From Amphiscolops sp. MND2022 (Eukaryota), in the NCBI GenBank assembly GCA_964187785.1, contig OZ076409.1:41604001-41668000 (forward strand): a stretch of DNA of 64,000 nucleotides, given 5' to 3'. The notes under the pieces were generated by a model. That model saw nothing but the letters and a program-made list of their open reading frames with translations. It had not been told where the DNA came from and did not search any database. Below are positions 47,043 through 59,240 of this stretch, piece by piece (position 1 is the stretch's first letter; each line of letters opens with the position of its first letter). A program made the position numbers and the translations under genes.

Positions 47043-50000
47043 TTTCAACTCATAATTTGATTTTTGTCGCTTCTGAATGAAAGAATCATGAACAAGTTGT
47101 GAGATGTACAGTTAATCTGGGAAAGTTTCATTGATACTCATACGTTTTGTTGTTTTGTTTGTCAGATCAAATTAATTCAAATTGCAATTGTTATGCCATA
47201 TTACAACTGAAACGATACGAATCAATAATAAAAGAGATATTCAATCAACACCATTTTTCTCTGGGCTCCTGCTAAGTACAACCTTCAAAAGGTTTTATGC
47301 CCAAAAAACATCCCTCCCGTCAAACTGATTGCTGAAAAAAGGAAAAAAGCTTTCGTTATGGAAAAAATAATTCAGGAAAATATCGTTCTCGGACTTTTCA
47401 GATTTTGGAAGACTTCGCAACTCTCCAGTTCGTGGGACCTTTGTGACAACGACACCCTCTTTCAGAAAAAAACTTTATAGATTAGAACTCTGAACTACTG
47501 TATTAAAAAAGTCAAATATTCATGAGGTGAAAAGAAATAAAAATGTTTTGTTAGAGATATTTTGCGAGATATTGATGAACCTTGACCCAAATTAGAATAA
47601 AAAACATCATTGCCTGAAGTTTTAACAGAAAAAAACTGTTGTCGGCTAATTTCATTGTTCATTATCATTGAGACACAATTTGGACGGGATCTTAATGCGA
47701 AGCGATCGAACTTAGATAAAATAACTTGAAATCCATTATATTCTTTCCTTGAAGTGCTTACTTAGGACTATGCGCGCTTGATTGTTGTGATTGTCTGCCG
47801 CTGTTTTGACTGGTTTCTCTTGTTGTCTGTTTGACTTTCTGTCTGTTTGTGTGTTTGTTCGAAGATTGTTTGATTTTGCTTGAGTGTTGAAAACAACTTG
47901 TTTGTATGATGGCTGAAAAGTTCGATAGGTGACTGGTGATTGTAAGTGAAGACATGTTGTGTTTCGTGGAAAAGAAGAAGACTTCGTTTATTTTCAAGAA
48001 CAGTTGGAGGCGAGGATGTATAAGATGAAGCTGTTGTAAGTGTTGGAAATGAGTGTGACTGTGAGGATTATAGAACAGACGTTAAAAGAGCGAAGGGTGT
48101 CATGAAGCTAAAGCGAAGGCCAAAGATCGAGCTGAGAACTTAATGGAGGATAGGAAGAGGATGATATGATGTGAAACGGTACAGGCGTTGGACAAGAAGA
48201 ATTTCCTGTACTTGAGACATTACAAGGGAGATGGTACTAGAGCGTGGCAGGTTCTCTGAGAAGTACAGACGTTTGAAAGGCCTAGATTGCAGTTCTTGAT
48301 AGAAAAGTCAACTAATTTGCGGATAGAGTATTCAGAAACTGTTGGTGAATATTTGACAAGAGCTGAAGAATATCAGTACGAGTTGAAGCAAGTAGGAGAA
48401 GAAGTAACGGAGAAGATTTTAACATCATTGATAATGAAAGGAATGCCGGAGGAGTTCGATATCTATGTTACACTTGTGAAGTTCAGCAAAGAGAAAAAAG
48501 GATTTGACGAGCTGAAAAAGGGCCTAGTAAATTTTGAAAGCGACAGAAGAAACGAATCAAAGTACAACCATTCCGAATCGGCCCTTTATTCCGGTGCGAG
48601 GCAGTTTGTTGTTGAATGCTTCAAGTGCCATCAAGTTGGTCACAAAATGTCTGACTGTAAACGGGAAGAAAATAGGAGAGGCCCGACTAGAAGTGTAATA
48701 TGTTACAAAGGTCAAGGAAAGGGACATAATGCAAAAGACTGAAAAGTAGATGAGAAAAAGAACCTAGTAGATCAGGGACAAATCAAATTCAAAACTCAAG
48801 AAAAACGATTCCAGTGTAATTAGTGTAAGAGAGCCTGTCACACTGAAGAGTTTTGTTTTGAGAAGAAATGTCGAGAAAGAGCGAACTTTGTTAAGAACAA
48901 GGACCAAATTGCAAGATCGAACAGAGGAGGAACTCAGTTTGTTCACTTATGATGTTATGGACTTGGAAGATCAGCGAAGATTTGTGATTGATTCTGGTTG
49001 TAGTAATTACAAGATCAAGACAGGGATTTGTTCACTTCCCTGGATGAGACACGGCGGTGAATATGAGTGTGCCAATAAATCGAGCTCCAAAATAGAGGGT
49101 ATTGGTACAGTTGAATTCTTCGCCCAACAGAGGGATGGACGGAAAGCGAAGATCACGCTACAAGATGCTCTTTTTACTCCTGAAAATGGCTAAAACTTGC
49201 TATCATTAGCCCCAGTTAAACAGTCAGTTGCAACGTTGCATTTTGCCGATACAGATGAACTGGTAACCAAGAACGGAACACAGTTTTAATTGGAACCAAG
49301 CAAAAATCTGTTCATCTGGCGAATGGTAACTAATCATGATCTAGAATGCAACAAAGTGAAAATGTCAGATGAACACTGTTTTGCCACAAGTCTACTAGAA
49401 CAATGGCATGAAAGGCTAGGACATTTCAACTTTCTAGATGTAAAACGAATTCGCCATCATGTAGACGGGATGCTTTTGGAAGGAAAGGCAGTCGAGGAGG
49501 TTTGTGAGACATGTGAAACGAACAAACCGAAACCCAGAGTTGTTCCTGAAGATCTCACGACCAGGTCCACAGAAGTAATAGAAATAATACCCATCGATAA
49601 TCTAGGTCCGATTGCTGAGGAGGCGATCGATGGGCACAAGTATGCAATTGGATTTGCAGATACTTTCGCGCTCTCTATCAGTGTGTACTTTATGAGGAGT
49701 AGGGAGGATTGTTTGGAGAAATTCCAAAATTTTCGCGCGGACATCGGGAAACCAAGATTGATAGTTTTGGATGGAGCAACGGAGTTTGTCGCTCCAGACT
49801 TCGAATAGTTTTGCTGAAAGGAAGGAATAAGACGTGAGACAGACATCGGCACCGTACAACCCAGAGGAAAATAGAAAAATTGAAAGAACTTGGGGAACTG
49901 TCATGACAAGGTGCATGTTGGATCAGTCTGGTTTTAGCAAAGAGTATTGGTCATTTGCCTTGAAGTATGGTTTTTATGTGAAAAACTACTGTTTTCATTC

Positions 50001-52089
50001 AGGATGACACCGTATGAGAAATTGTTTGGAGTCAAACCTGATAATTCATTTATCCGCACGTTTGGGTGTAAAGTTTATGCCTTTGTGGAGAAACCGTACA
50101 GGAAGAATATGGACAAAACTGCGAAGAGATGTCTTCCTAGGGTTTTCAAGAGAATCCAAAACTTACGTAGTTGGAATTAAGGATAGGGGAAAATTGAAAA
50201 TCATTAGAACGAGGATTGTAAAGATCAATGAAAAAGAATGTATTTTGCCAGTAATCAAGTTAACGATATTGCCGGACCGTCAATAGATGTCTATCATGAG
50301 TGAAATCTTAACCAAGATAATGCAACCAAGAGTGTATAATGATGGTCAACTAAGCAATCCATTTTAGACACTCCTAATGAACACTCAACGTAATTGCAAC
50401 CAAGAAATAAAAGAAATAGCCGTACAGAGGAAGTTTTGAGCTACAGTACAGAAACGGAAGAAACAATGATAATAAAGCAGGCTATACCAAACTCGACACA
50501 AGAGGCGTTACAGGAACAACACTGGCGGCAAGCGATGGAGGAGGGACTACACTTTTTGAATCAAAACAATGTTTGGACATTAGTTAGTCTACCTAAAGGT
50601 AAGAAAGCGAAAGGTAGTCGTTGGCATTTCACAGTCAAATATGGTCCTGATGGTGAAATCAAGAGGTACAAGGCAAGGTTCGTAGCCAAGGGATTCAGCC
50701 AGAGAGAAAGGGTGGAATAAAAAAAAACCTTCTCACCTACAGCTCGTCTTTCAACTGTGAGAGTTCTTTTATGTCTTGTAACTCAGAATACCAGGTAAGT
50801 GAAACAACTAGACTTTAAAACAACGTATTTGAAAGCCAATATTGAGGAGGAAATCTACTTGAAGCAGCCATAAGGATTTGAAGTGTCGAGTAAACAAGAT
50901 GTGTTGGTTTGTAAATTACAAATGAGCTTGTATGGATTGAAGCAGTGCGGAAGAAACTGGTATTTCGCTTTGATGAAGTACATCGAAAGCAAAGATTTGT
51001 TGCATGAGTGCATGATTGTTGCTTGTTTGTGCGGATTGTTTATTGTGATTTCTCTCTGTTGTATGTGTGTGGGTGGATGACATCATTTACTGTGGTAAGA
51101 GTGATTCCTTTCTGAGTTCGATCAAGGAGAAAGTGATGAAAGTATTTCGAGTGAGTGACTTTTGTGAGCTAAGTTGGTTTTTAGGCATGAAGATTGATAA
51201 AAAGGGTGGTTCAATTAGTATCAGTCGAAAAAAGAACATCACGAACATACTTGAAAAGTTTGGAATGAGTGATTTTAAGGTCACAGTAACACCCATGTTA
51301 GAAAAACAGAAGTTGTGCAAAGTATCTGTCCTGTGATTGGTGAACAACACTGGATAGCGGCTAAGCATGTTCTTCGGTACCTCAAAGGAACTGCGAAAGA
51401 CGGACTTGTGTATAGTAGAAGTCCCGAAGGCATTTGTTTGGAAGGATATTCTGATGCTGATTGGGCAGGTAACGAAGATCATAGAAAGAGTGCGTCTGGC
51501 TACTGTTTTAGATTGAGTGATAAGTCTGCGTGTGTAAGTTGGTCAAGTAAAGTTCAGAGTAGTGTGGCGACAGTGAGCATGTTTGTTTGTATGTTGACGA
51601 TCAAGCCAGCATAGCGCTGAATAAGCACGCGAAGCATCATGGAAAAACAAAACATTTTGCTAACAAACTACAATTTATATGTGATTTGTGCAAAAACAAA
51701 ATAAGAAAATAAAACTCGTTTACTTGCAGACGAAAAAACAATCAGCAGATTTGTTGAAGAAACATTTGGGAAGAATAATAACCAAAACATGTAGATGTTT
51801 TTTTACTGGGATGCCAAACGAAAAAAGCAGAAGCTCCGAATGGCGGGGGTTTCAACTCATGATTTGATTTTCGTCGCTTCTGAATGAAAGAATCATGATC
51901 AAATTGTGAAATGTATGTTTAATCTGGGAAAGTTTTTTTGATGCTCATATGTTTTGTTTGTCAGATCAAATAAAGTCAAATTGCAATGGTTATGCCATAT
52001 TACAACTGAAACGATGCGAATCAATAAAGAAAAAGATTTTCAATCAACCCCATTTTTCTCTGGACTGCTGCCAATTACAACCTTCAAAA
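47043..52089 (+). mobile_element. Decayed Ty1/Copia LTR retrotransposon
   Basis: Direct repeats ~47043-47290 and ~51850-52089; PBS-like GGTTTTATGCCCA; G-rich PPT; order gag (CFKCHQVGHKMSDC) - PR (IDSGCS) - IN (WHERLGH, CETC) - RT (YKARFVAKGFSQ, SLYGLKQ, WVDD) - RH (YSDADWAG); many stops and frameshifts. Confidence 0.92.
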
Positions 52090-52364
52090 TTTTATAAAAG
52101 AAGACTATATTGCTGATTTTTTTAAACAAATCAGCGTCAGCGGAATGAAAGTTATTCTACGAGAAGAACCGGGGTTGCACCATGAAAAAGTATTGCGCAT
52201 CATACCAGTAGAACGGTTCCGATGATAATAATAGCCAACTGATTAGAAACTGGTGTCCAGATTGGACCTACAAGTTTTCTAACAGGAAAAACCTTTGTTG
52301 GAAAATCCGTCGGCAATCCTTTCAACTGAAAGATAGTCCACAGTCATGTCAATTTTTGTTGAAG

Positions 52365-52858
52365 GAAGCCGGGAACGGCCCAAGTCGGCTTCATATCTAA
52401 GGCTCGAAAATATTCAAGGACCAACAATTGGAAAACTTGGATTTTTTTTCAATAAAAGTATTTGGTAAAAAAAAGTCGCATGTTGCCGAAAAACCCAAAA
52501 AGATACCCTTTAGTCTTTTTAAACGTTTTTTACAAATTGAAAAATTCAAAAAATTCAAGGGGGTACCCTCTGATAGAATTCAAAATTTTCGGAAAAAATG
52601 TCGCATAGTGCCGAAAAAAACCGCAAAGGGGGGACCCTTTGGTCTCCCTTCTACTTTTGGAAGCATTAAAACTTTGTGGTTTAGTGCGAGACTCGAACCC
52701 ACGCTCTCCTGTTTCTCATACGCCAGAAAATCCGGGTTTACCTCTCGGCCAAGAAGTTGAACAATTGAACAAAAAGAGTGGACCGATTGCGTTGAACTGA
52801 CGAAAAAAAATGGCCACTGTAAGAGTCGTGCTTTTTCTTCTAAAACGCCGGCTAAAAA
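52365..52858 (-). mobile_element. Family A Helentron-like copy with tRNA-like remnant
   Basis: AAGCCGGGAACGGCCCAAGTCGGC ... ACGCCGGCTAAAAA; similar to 20319-20854. Confidence 0.7.
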
Positions 52859-54266
52859 TGAAACGCATACCCATCATTGAGGACAAAAAATAAGGGTTCA
52901 AAAGTTTAAAAAGTTGGTCAATGTCACAAAGTGAAATTTGCATCTGAAAATCAAATGGCACTAGGTTTCGCTTGGCTTCGCCTAAAAAACTCAGTAAGCT
53001 TCATCCAATTATTTAATTTGTGAATTTGAATTTTTCATCTTCATACTTGATTTTATCCCACAAAAAGGCGTTCTTACTGAAAGATACTTCCGTCTCGTAT
53101 TCAATTACTTCGGGAATAGGACTAGACTCAAAATACTACAATTAAAGGTGAATGCTAATTCAGCGGAAAAAATGGTTCATTGGTTTTGAAGAAATTATGA
53201 ACTTTTTCGATAATTAGGCTTTCCAATTATGTGATTCCCTTTTCACATTGTTTCTTACCTCATAATGGCGCATTCAGTTCTTTGGATATTCAGTATTGTC
53301 AGCAGAATATGTACCCCGCCTACTACCCCGCCATAGCGACTTTTCGGGACAGCTGGCGGATATTTACTAGGCACTAGGGGTGAAATTTTGCTGTATCAAT
53401 TCAGTTGTTGAGTTTATAGTCAAATTCATTGCTTCTATCCTAGGACAATGCATGATATCGACGAGTATGTCTTACTGTCCGATAACGAGCTCCGTTATCA
53501 CGCCTGGAGGTGTGTGAATTCAGTTGGTTTACAAAACTCATTGTTGCTTTGTGTCATTGTTGCTTTGTGCACAGTTCGTTTCGGATACAATCGCTCAGCA
53601 CTTTCATATCATGCTATAAATTTTATGGGCGGAGAGCTTTCTCATGTTTTTCTTGAGGTTAAATACCCGCAGACAAAAGTTTCAATTGATTGTTCGAAAC
53701 ATGGAACCCTGAGAGTATCTTTGAAACTGGTTTTTTTGTTTCAATTATAGATTATAGATTCACAGTTGCCGCCAGTTAGCTCTTCGAATGATTCGTTCAT
53801 CCTCATTAACCTTTTTGATGATATAAAAACCTCAATAGCAACGATTTTCATATAAATACTCCAAATACCTGTAGATCAGTTTGATAATTAAAATTTTCTT
53901 CAGCTTTTGATCTTGTCTAGTTTTGCTGATTTACAGCAAAAACATAGTTTTTGAAACCGTGTACATACATCTGTTGGTTGGATTGAAAGACTACCTTATA
54001 CGAAAGTGTTTCAAAATCGTTTTCCAGCGCTTTTTCGAAAGATCTTCCAGTTTTTTGCATTCAAATACCAGAAAGTTGGAAATGAAAAACTTGAAGATAT
54101 TGATTGCATGCTCAAACAGCGTTTTGCAATTTTGAAATATCGACTTTTTTTCAATTCTTACTTAAGTCAATTGACTATGCCCCTTGCCAACAGGTGACAA
54201 TTGGTAACTTTAAGACAACAAGACAATTTGATAATTCCTATCTTGAGTGTGCTTTTGCCATTGGAA

Positions 54267-57200
54267 ATGAACTTCACTTCAGAACATACTACCACTGTTC
54301 TTGCAGAGGAGGGTGTGGTGACAACGGAGCCCCCTCGCTTCTATTGGCTATTCGCACTGGCTCTAGGTCTGGCAGCCATGACTGGCAATGGTCTCATCAT
54401 TTTGATCAACATCCTCAAAAAAGTCGCCCGGAACTCCACGAATATCATCATCACTAATCTGGCCGTTGTTGATTTCTGTAAGTAATCAAATTAGTTTTTG
54501 ATTATGTGAATTTCGGTAATTGGCCAATGTTTGTGTAGTTTAACCTTCTCAAATTGTGGCTCAGGAAAAATAAGGACATTGTCAATGAAGGAAAATGAGC
54601 AATGAAACTTAAGAAAAGTATTTTGAGTCAATTGTTATTATCCAAGAGTTTGAGAAGTCTGTTATCTGTGTGTAGACATTTTGCTAAAAATTTGGATTCC
54701 TTCAGCCAATCTTTATTTTTTTCATTTCTGAGTATTGAGAGAATGGAGACATTTCGGTTGAAGGTTCGCTTCAGAAACGATTCCCGAGTTGACCCTGCAT
54801 TCAAGTCTTTTTACGAATGGTAGTATGAAGTCCATGATTGAGACGACAGGCCTATTATTGCTTGAGGGTCAACCTGGGTAGCTATCGCATCAAATAAACG
54901 TATCTTTTTCGTAGAAAAGTTCAGCCAATAATATGGGTGCGCTTTAAGGCGTGTACAGCAAAAAGTGCTAGGACACATAAAATCACTTTAAGGTTACAGT
55001 TTTCTCTTGCTGTTTAGATTACTTCTAATAAATTGTATTTTTGCAAATCGACTTGATAGTACAGTGACTTACTTAAATGGATCCTGTTTTAGGTTTTTTC
55101 GTTTTTGAGTGATTAACTAAAATCTTCAAAATCTGTTTTCAGTGAGTGGAGCTGCACTGATATTCTCCACCGTATTCCCTCAGATTCCCAAGCCTCCGGG
55201 GGTGGGAGTTTTGGCGCAACTCTATTGCAGGGTCTACTTCTCTTTCTACTATCTCTGGGCCCTTCTCAACATGTCAGTCATGAACCTGTTACTCGTAACC
55301 CTCGACAGGTATTATGCAAAGGAGAAATATGCTACACACGTTTTTCATATCCCCTTGAACATAATCACGAATAATAAAATATCAGAAGCAATATTGTAAT
55401 TTAGTTATAATTCAATTATAAATTTAGTTATTACTAAAAACAAGCTAGGCTCTAGAAAAAAAATATTTAGAACTGAAATATGATAGTATATTTTCGTGTT
55501 CGGAACTGTATTAGTGTATAAACTAGTTTTTATCTAATTCTTGAATTGCTTTCACAATAACAAAGAAACTTGAAATCATTAAAAAGCTGAGTTTTCTTGA
55601 CGTTTTGATTTTGTCAAGTTTGGTTTAAAAACAACCGCATATTTTTCACGTGGTTTCTAGATATTTGAGTGTGGTGGCCCCCATCTTCCATAAACACACA
55701 TTCAACAAAGGCACTTTTCTCATTCTGCCTATCTTTTCAACGTGGGTCCTCGGTGGAGCAGGTAAATAGTTTTGATGTTCCTTCGGTTAAAATACCCGAG
55801 AAACATTCTTTTTCATGATTCATCTCCGAATTCATAATCAGCATTACCGAACCCTCTTCCGCATTTCAGGGTGCAACCCTCTTTTTAAGCGTGAAATAAG
55901 GAAATGAAAGCAAAAATTTCATACTTTTCTTATCAATTCCCATCAAAAACCGACCTTTGGAACTTTGACTTCGTTTCTGTTGCCTTTTAATTGCTACAAA
56001 ACGAGGATATTTTAGCGACGTCATACATTAACTTTTCGTGGATCACAACTGAAGACTTTTGTGTTCTGGATCCGAATTTGCCGCAACACTTCTTCCTGTG
56101 GGGAGGAATGTGGGCTCTCTTCGCCATGCTGCTCATCCCGACTGTGCTCATGGTGATCGCGTATGCCCGTATCAGCTACAAACTGGCTATGATGCCCCCT
56201 GAATCTCAAGGTTAGTTTTTTAACCTCCATGCCTCCAGACATCACTACTGAACAAATTCGAAAAATTTTCAGTTACAGTATAGTTGATACATTTTAACAC
56301 AAAACTGGGGCTGGAAATGGAATCATGACGTACGTTTTTTTTCAAGATTTCAATGGTGTGTAAAATTATAGACAATTCTCAACAATACTACTCTTTCAAA
56401 TATCAAAGGGCGAAGGTTCGAGATATATGAGTTCCCTTCTTTGGAGTAAGCAGCATACAATGCTTTGTGACGATGCAAACAATGTTTATACTGAACAAGG
56501 TGCCTGCAGAGCACTGGAATATTTCCGTCTGAATTATTTTCACACATCGTTTCAAGTCTACGAAACTTGAGCCTAGAACAGAAAGTTCAGAAAACACTGA
56601 AAAGTTCGACACTTTTTCGGTTTTTTATTCAATTTATGCCCTTTTTTCAGATTGCTCCTTTTTAAAAAATACCAATGAGCAAATAGGTTTAAAAATTTAA
56701 CAAGCTAAAAAAAACAGAAATACAAAAAAAATAACTTTTCCCAATTATAGCTTTCACTAGTTTAGGCACTTTTTCAGAAAACAGCTCAAGTATTTCCAAC
56801 TATACATATGCTACGACCCTAGTTTTGGTGGTTGAATTGCGTCGAAGAGCCTATATCTTTTGAGATCTTCGGAGTATAAAAATTGGAACATCGCAAAGTG
56901 TCGAAAGTACGACTGAAAGTGAAGTTGATCTCTCATATCAAATATGGGCAAAAATGTTTTATTGTTTTTTTCCACTTTTGTGAGTAGTCTCATCGTCGAT
57001 ATGATAGACCATCCATTGTATCATTAAAGGAAGACGCTGTCAGAAGAGAGTGACGTTTTCTTGTTTTGTGGCTGTCATTCTGTTTTTCGCCTGCTGGGTC
57101 CCTGGTTGGGAATTTCAGTTAAATTAATTTTGTTGCAAAATTATCGAGTGAATATCAAACTAGTTACATTGAGATTCTCATTAGTTTTTCATATACTTTC

Positions 57201-57632
57201 GTGAATTCTTCATTTTGGCAGATAAAATACAAAAAAAAACTATTTTTAGTCGGGTAAAAACTAAATATTTTTAACCAAAATCCCTCAGCTGGTAAAATAA
57301 CTGTGAATGTTTTTTGTTTGAGCAAAGGAAGCAAAATCAATTGGGGAAACTTTCAAAAGTAATATTTTTACTACAAAAAACAGCCAATTAAATTTTCTCA
57401 ACTGGGGTGAACAGATCGAGTGTACTTCTTTCTCTACAACCTCAACCTTCCTTCTCTGGACATCCGTCTCTATTCGTTGGGTTACTACACTGTAATCAGC
57501 ATTGGCAACGTGAACAGTTCTGTGAACCCTATTCTGTTTGGAATTTTCAACCCAAACTACAGAAACGCGTTCAAGCGAATGCTTGGAATGGGAAAGTCAA
57601 CTCAAAGTACGAAAGAAAAGACCACTACTTAA
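54267..57632 (+). CDS. Class A (rhodopsin-like) GPCR, ligand unknown, ~321 aa
   Basis: Inferred exons 54267-54477, 55143-55308, 55661-55761, 56016-56210, 57030-57104, 57415-57632 join in frame. GN (TM1), NLAVVD (TM2), C3.25, DRY, W (TM4), IP..Y (TM5), CWVP (TM6), NSSVNPILF and helix-8 NYRNAF. Confidence 0.9.
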
Positions 57633-58868
57633 TGGAGCAAAAGTATAACACACCAGGCCAGAAAAACCAAATGCATGCTCACAATGCATGTATGACTTAC
57701 AACAAAACTTGAAATGAGTCAAACAAGAAACTTGATGGCTCAAATATTCCCTTAAAAATTGAATGAAAACCTATCTTTTCCTGTATTAGTTCTACCGATA
57801 TTGAAAATTTCAGTCTTAAACCTATCATATCTACCTAATATCGTTTAATTTACCTCCTTGATATAAGACTTCGAGTGGTTTCAAACCTGTCAGTGTGACA
57901 TCATTGCGCTCTACAGTAGACTTACTTACGCCTGAGTCAAGCGCAAAACTCATAAATAAAATAAATGTTCCCATACTATATACTTCTGCTATTCTCACTA
58001 TCTTTTGACAGACAAAATGGGAGAATTTGCAATTATACACTACAGTACCAAACACATAAAGGCACCTCGAAACGCAGTTGAAAGTTTTAGAAGTGCATCA
58101 TTGTTTTTGATATCATTTGACAAAAAAGTCTACGAAACAAAATATCACAAATATGGACCAAAATTTCAGCGATGATTTTTGCTTCAAAAACGAATAATCA
58201 GACCTAATTTGCAGTTTTGCTTTTCTGAATCGGCGCCCTTCTGGATGCAATCTCCCCATAGCAAGAATTAGAAACGTTTCACCAGTTGACACTTTTGTGA
58301 ACTTTCCTTTCTTGAAGATTGAAGAATTCTCATTCTGTAACAATTTTGGTTTTGGTTCTTGAAGAACATTTTCAGTAGAAGAATTGAGATGCTAGATTTT
58401 CATTCCATTCAGAAACAAAAACTATCATCACGTTTGATAATTCGAGACACTTTTGCTGCTGTGCCTTTTTATCAAATGAATACTTGAAGTTATCACGTTT
58501 TGAAACTTTTTGCTTGAGTGTTTCAGGAAATCTAAAATTAACTTTCATCCCTCGTCCATCTATTCTGACGTGGAAAAACTACTGGTCTTAGATATAATTA
58601 AGGTAATTATTTATAGATATTAATTTAGGTATTAAATTAGGTACCTAATCAATACTTAAATTAGTATTAAAGATATTAAGTAGGTAATTTGATACAGGCT
58701 ACCGATTAGTATTAAGCCAATCATTTATACAACTTTAATTTTTAATATTTTTGTAGAGAAAAACCTTATCACAATTTTTACGAGTGATAATCCAGTCAAA
58801 AAACCATGGCGATAGTAGAATGCGAGGTGTGTTACAGCAGATCATTCTATTTAAGAAACATGAAAAAA

Positions 58869-59240
58869 AAACAAGACGCCCACTAAACACCGGTATATTT
58901 TCCGCCCTCTTCGCTTTCGCCAACTGAGCAATAGCTATTTTGGGAGCGGGGAATAGGATCCAAAGAATAGGATCTAAAATTGAGTGATTTTTGATCTTAT
59001 TCTCTTTAGATCTTACTCCTGATTTTAAGTCCTGAAATTTTAGATCTTATTCCGTTTAGATCTTATTCTCTTTTTTTTTACTTTAGATAATATTCCCATA
59101 AAACAGTCAAGTAATAAAATAGTCAAGTAATTAAAATATTCAGGTGAGTAGGTGAGTCAAATTTGGCAGAATTTGGAAAAAACGCATCACAGATCTTGAT
59201 TTTCCTCCCCCATTGAAAATGTGGGGTCGGAAAAGAATAA
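58869..59240 (-). mobile_element. Helentron-like family B copy with short tandem repeats inside
   Basis: AACAAGACGCCCACTAAACACCGGTATATTTTCCGC end; other end matches 10153-10280; interior GATCTTATTC repeats. Confidence 0.6.

Noticed and set aside
57500..57545. Opsin identity of the GPCR
   Set aside because: Position 7.43 is Asn, not the retinal-binding Lys.
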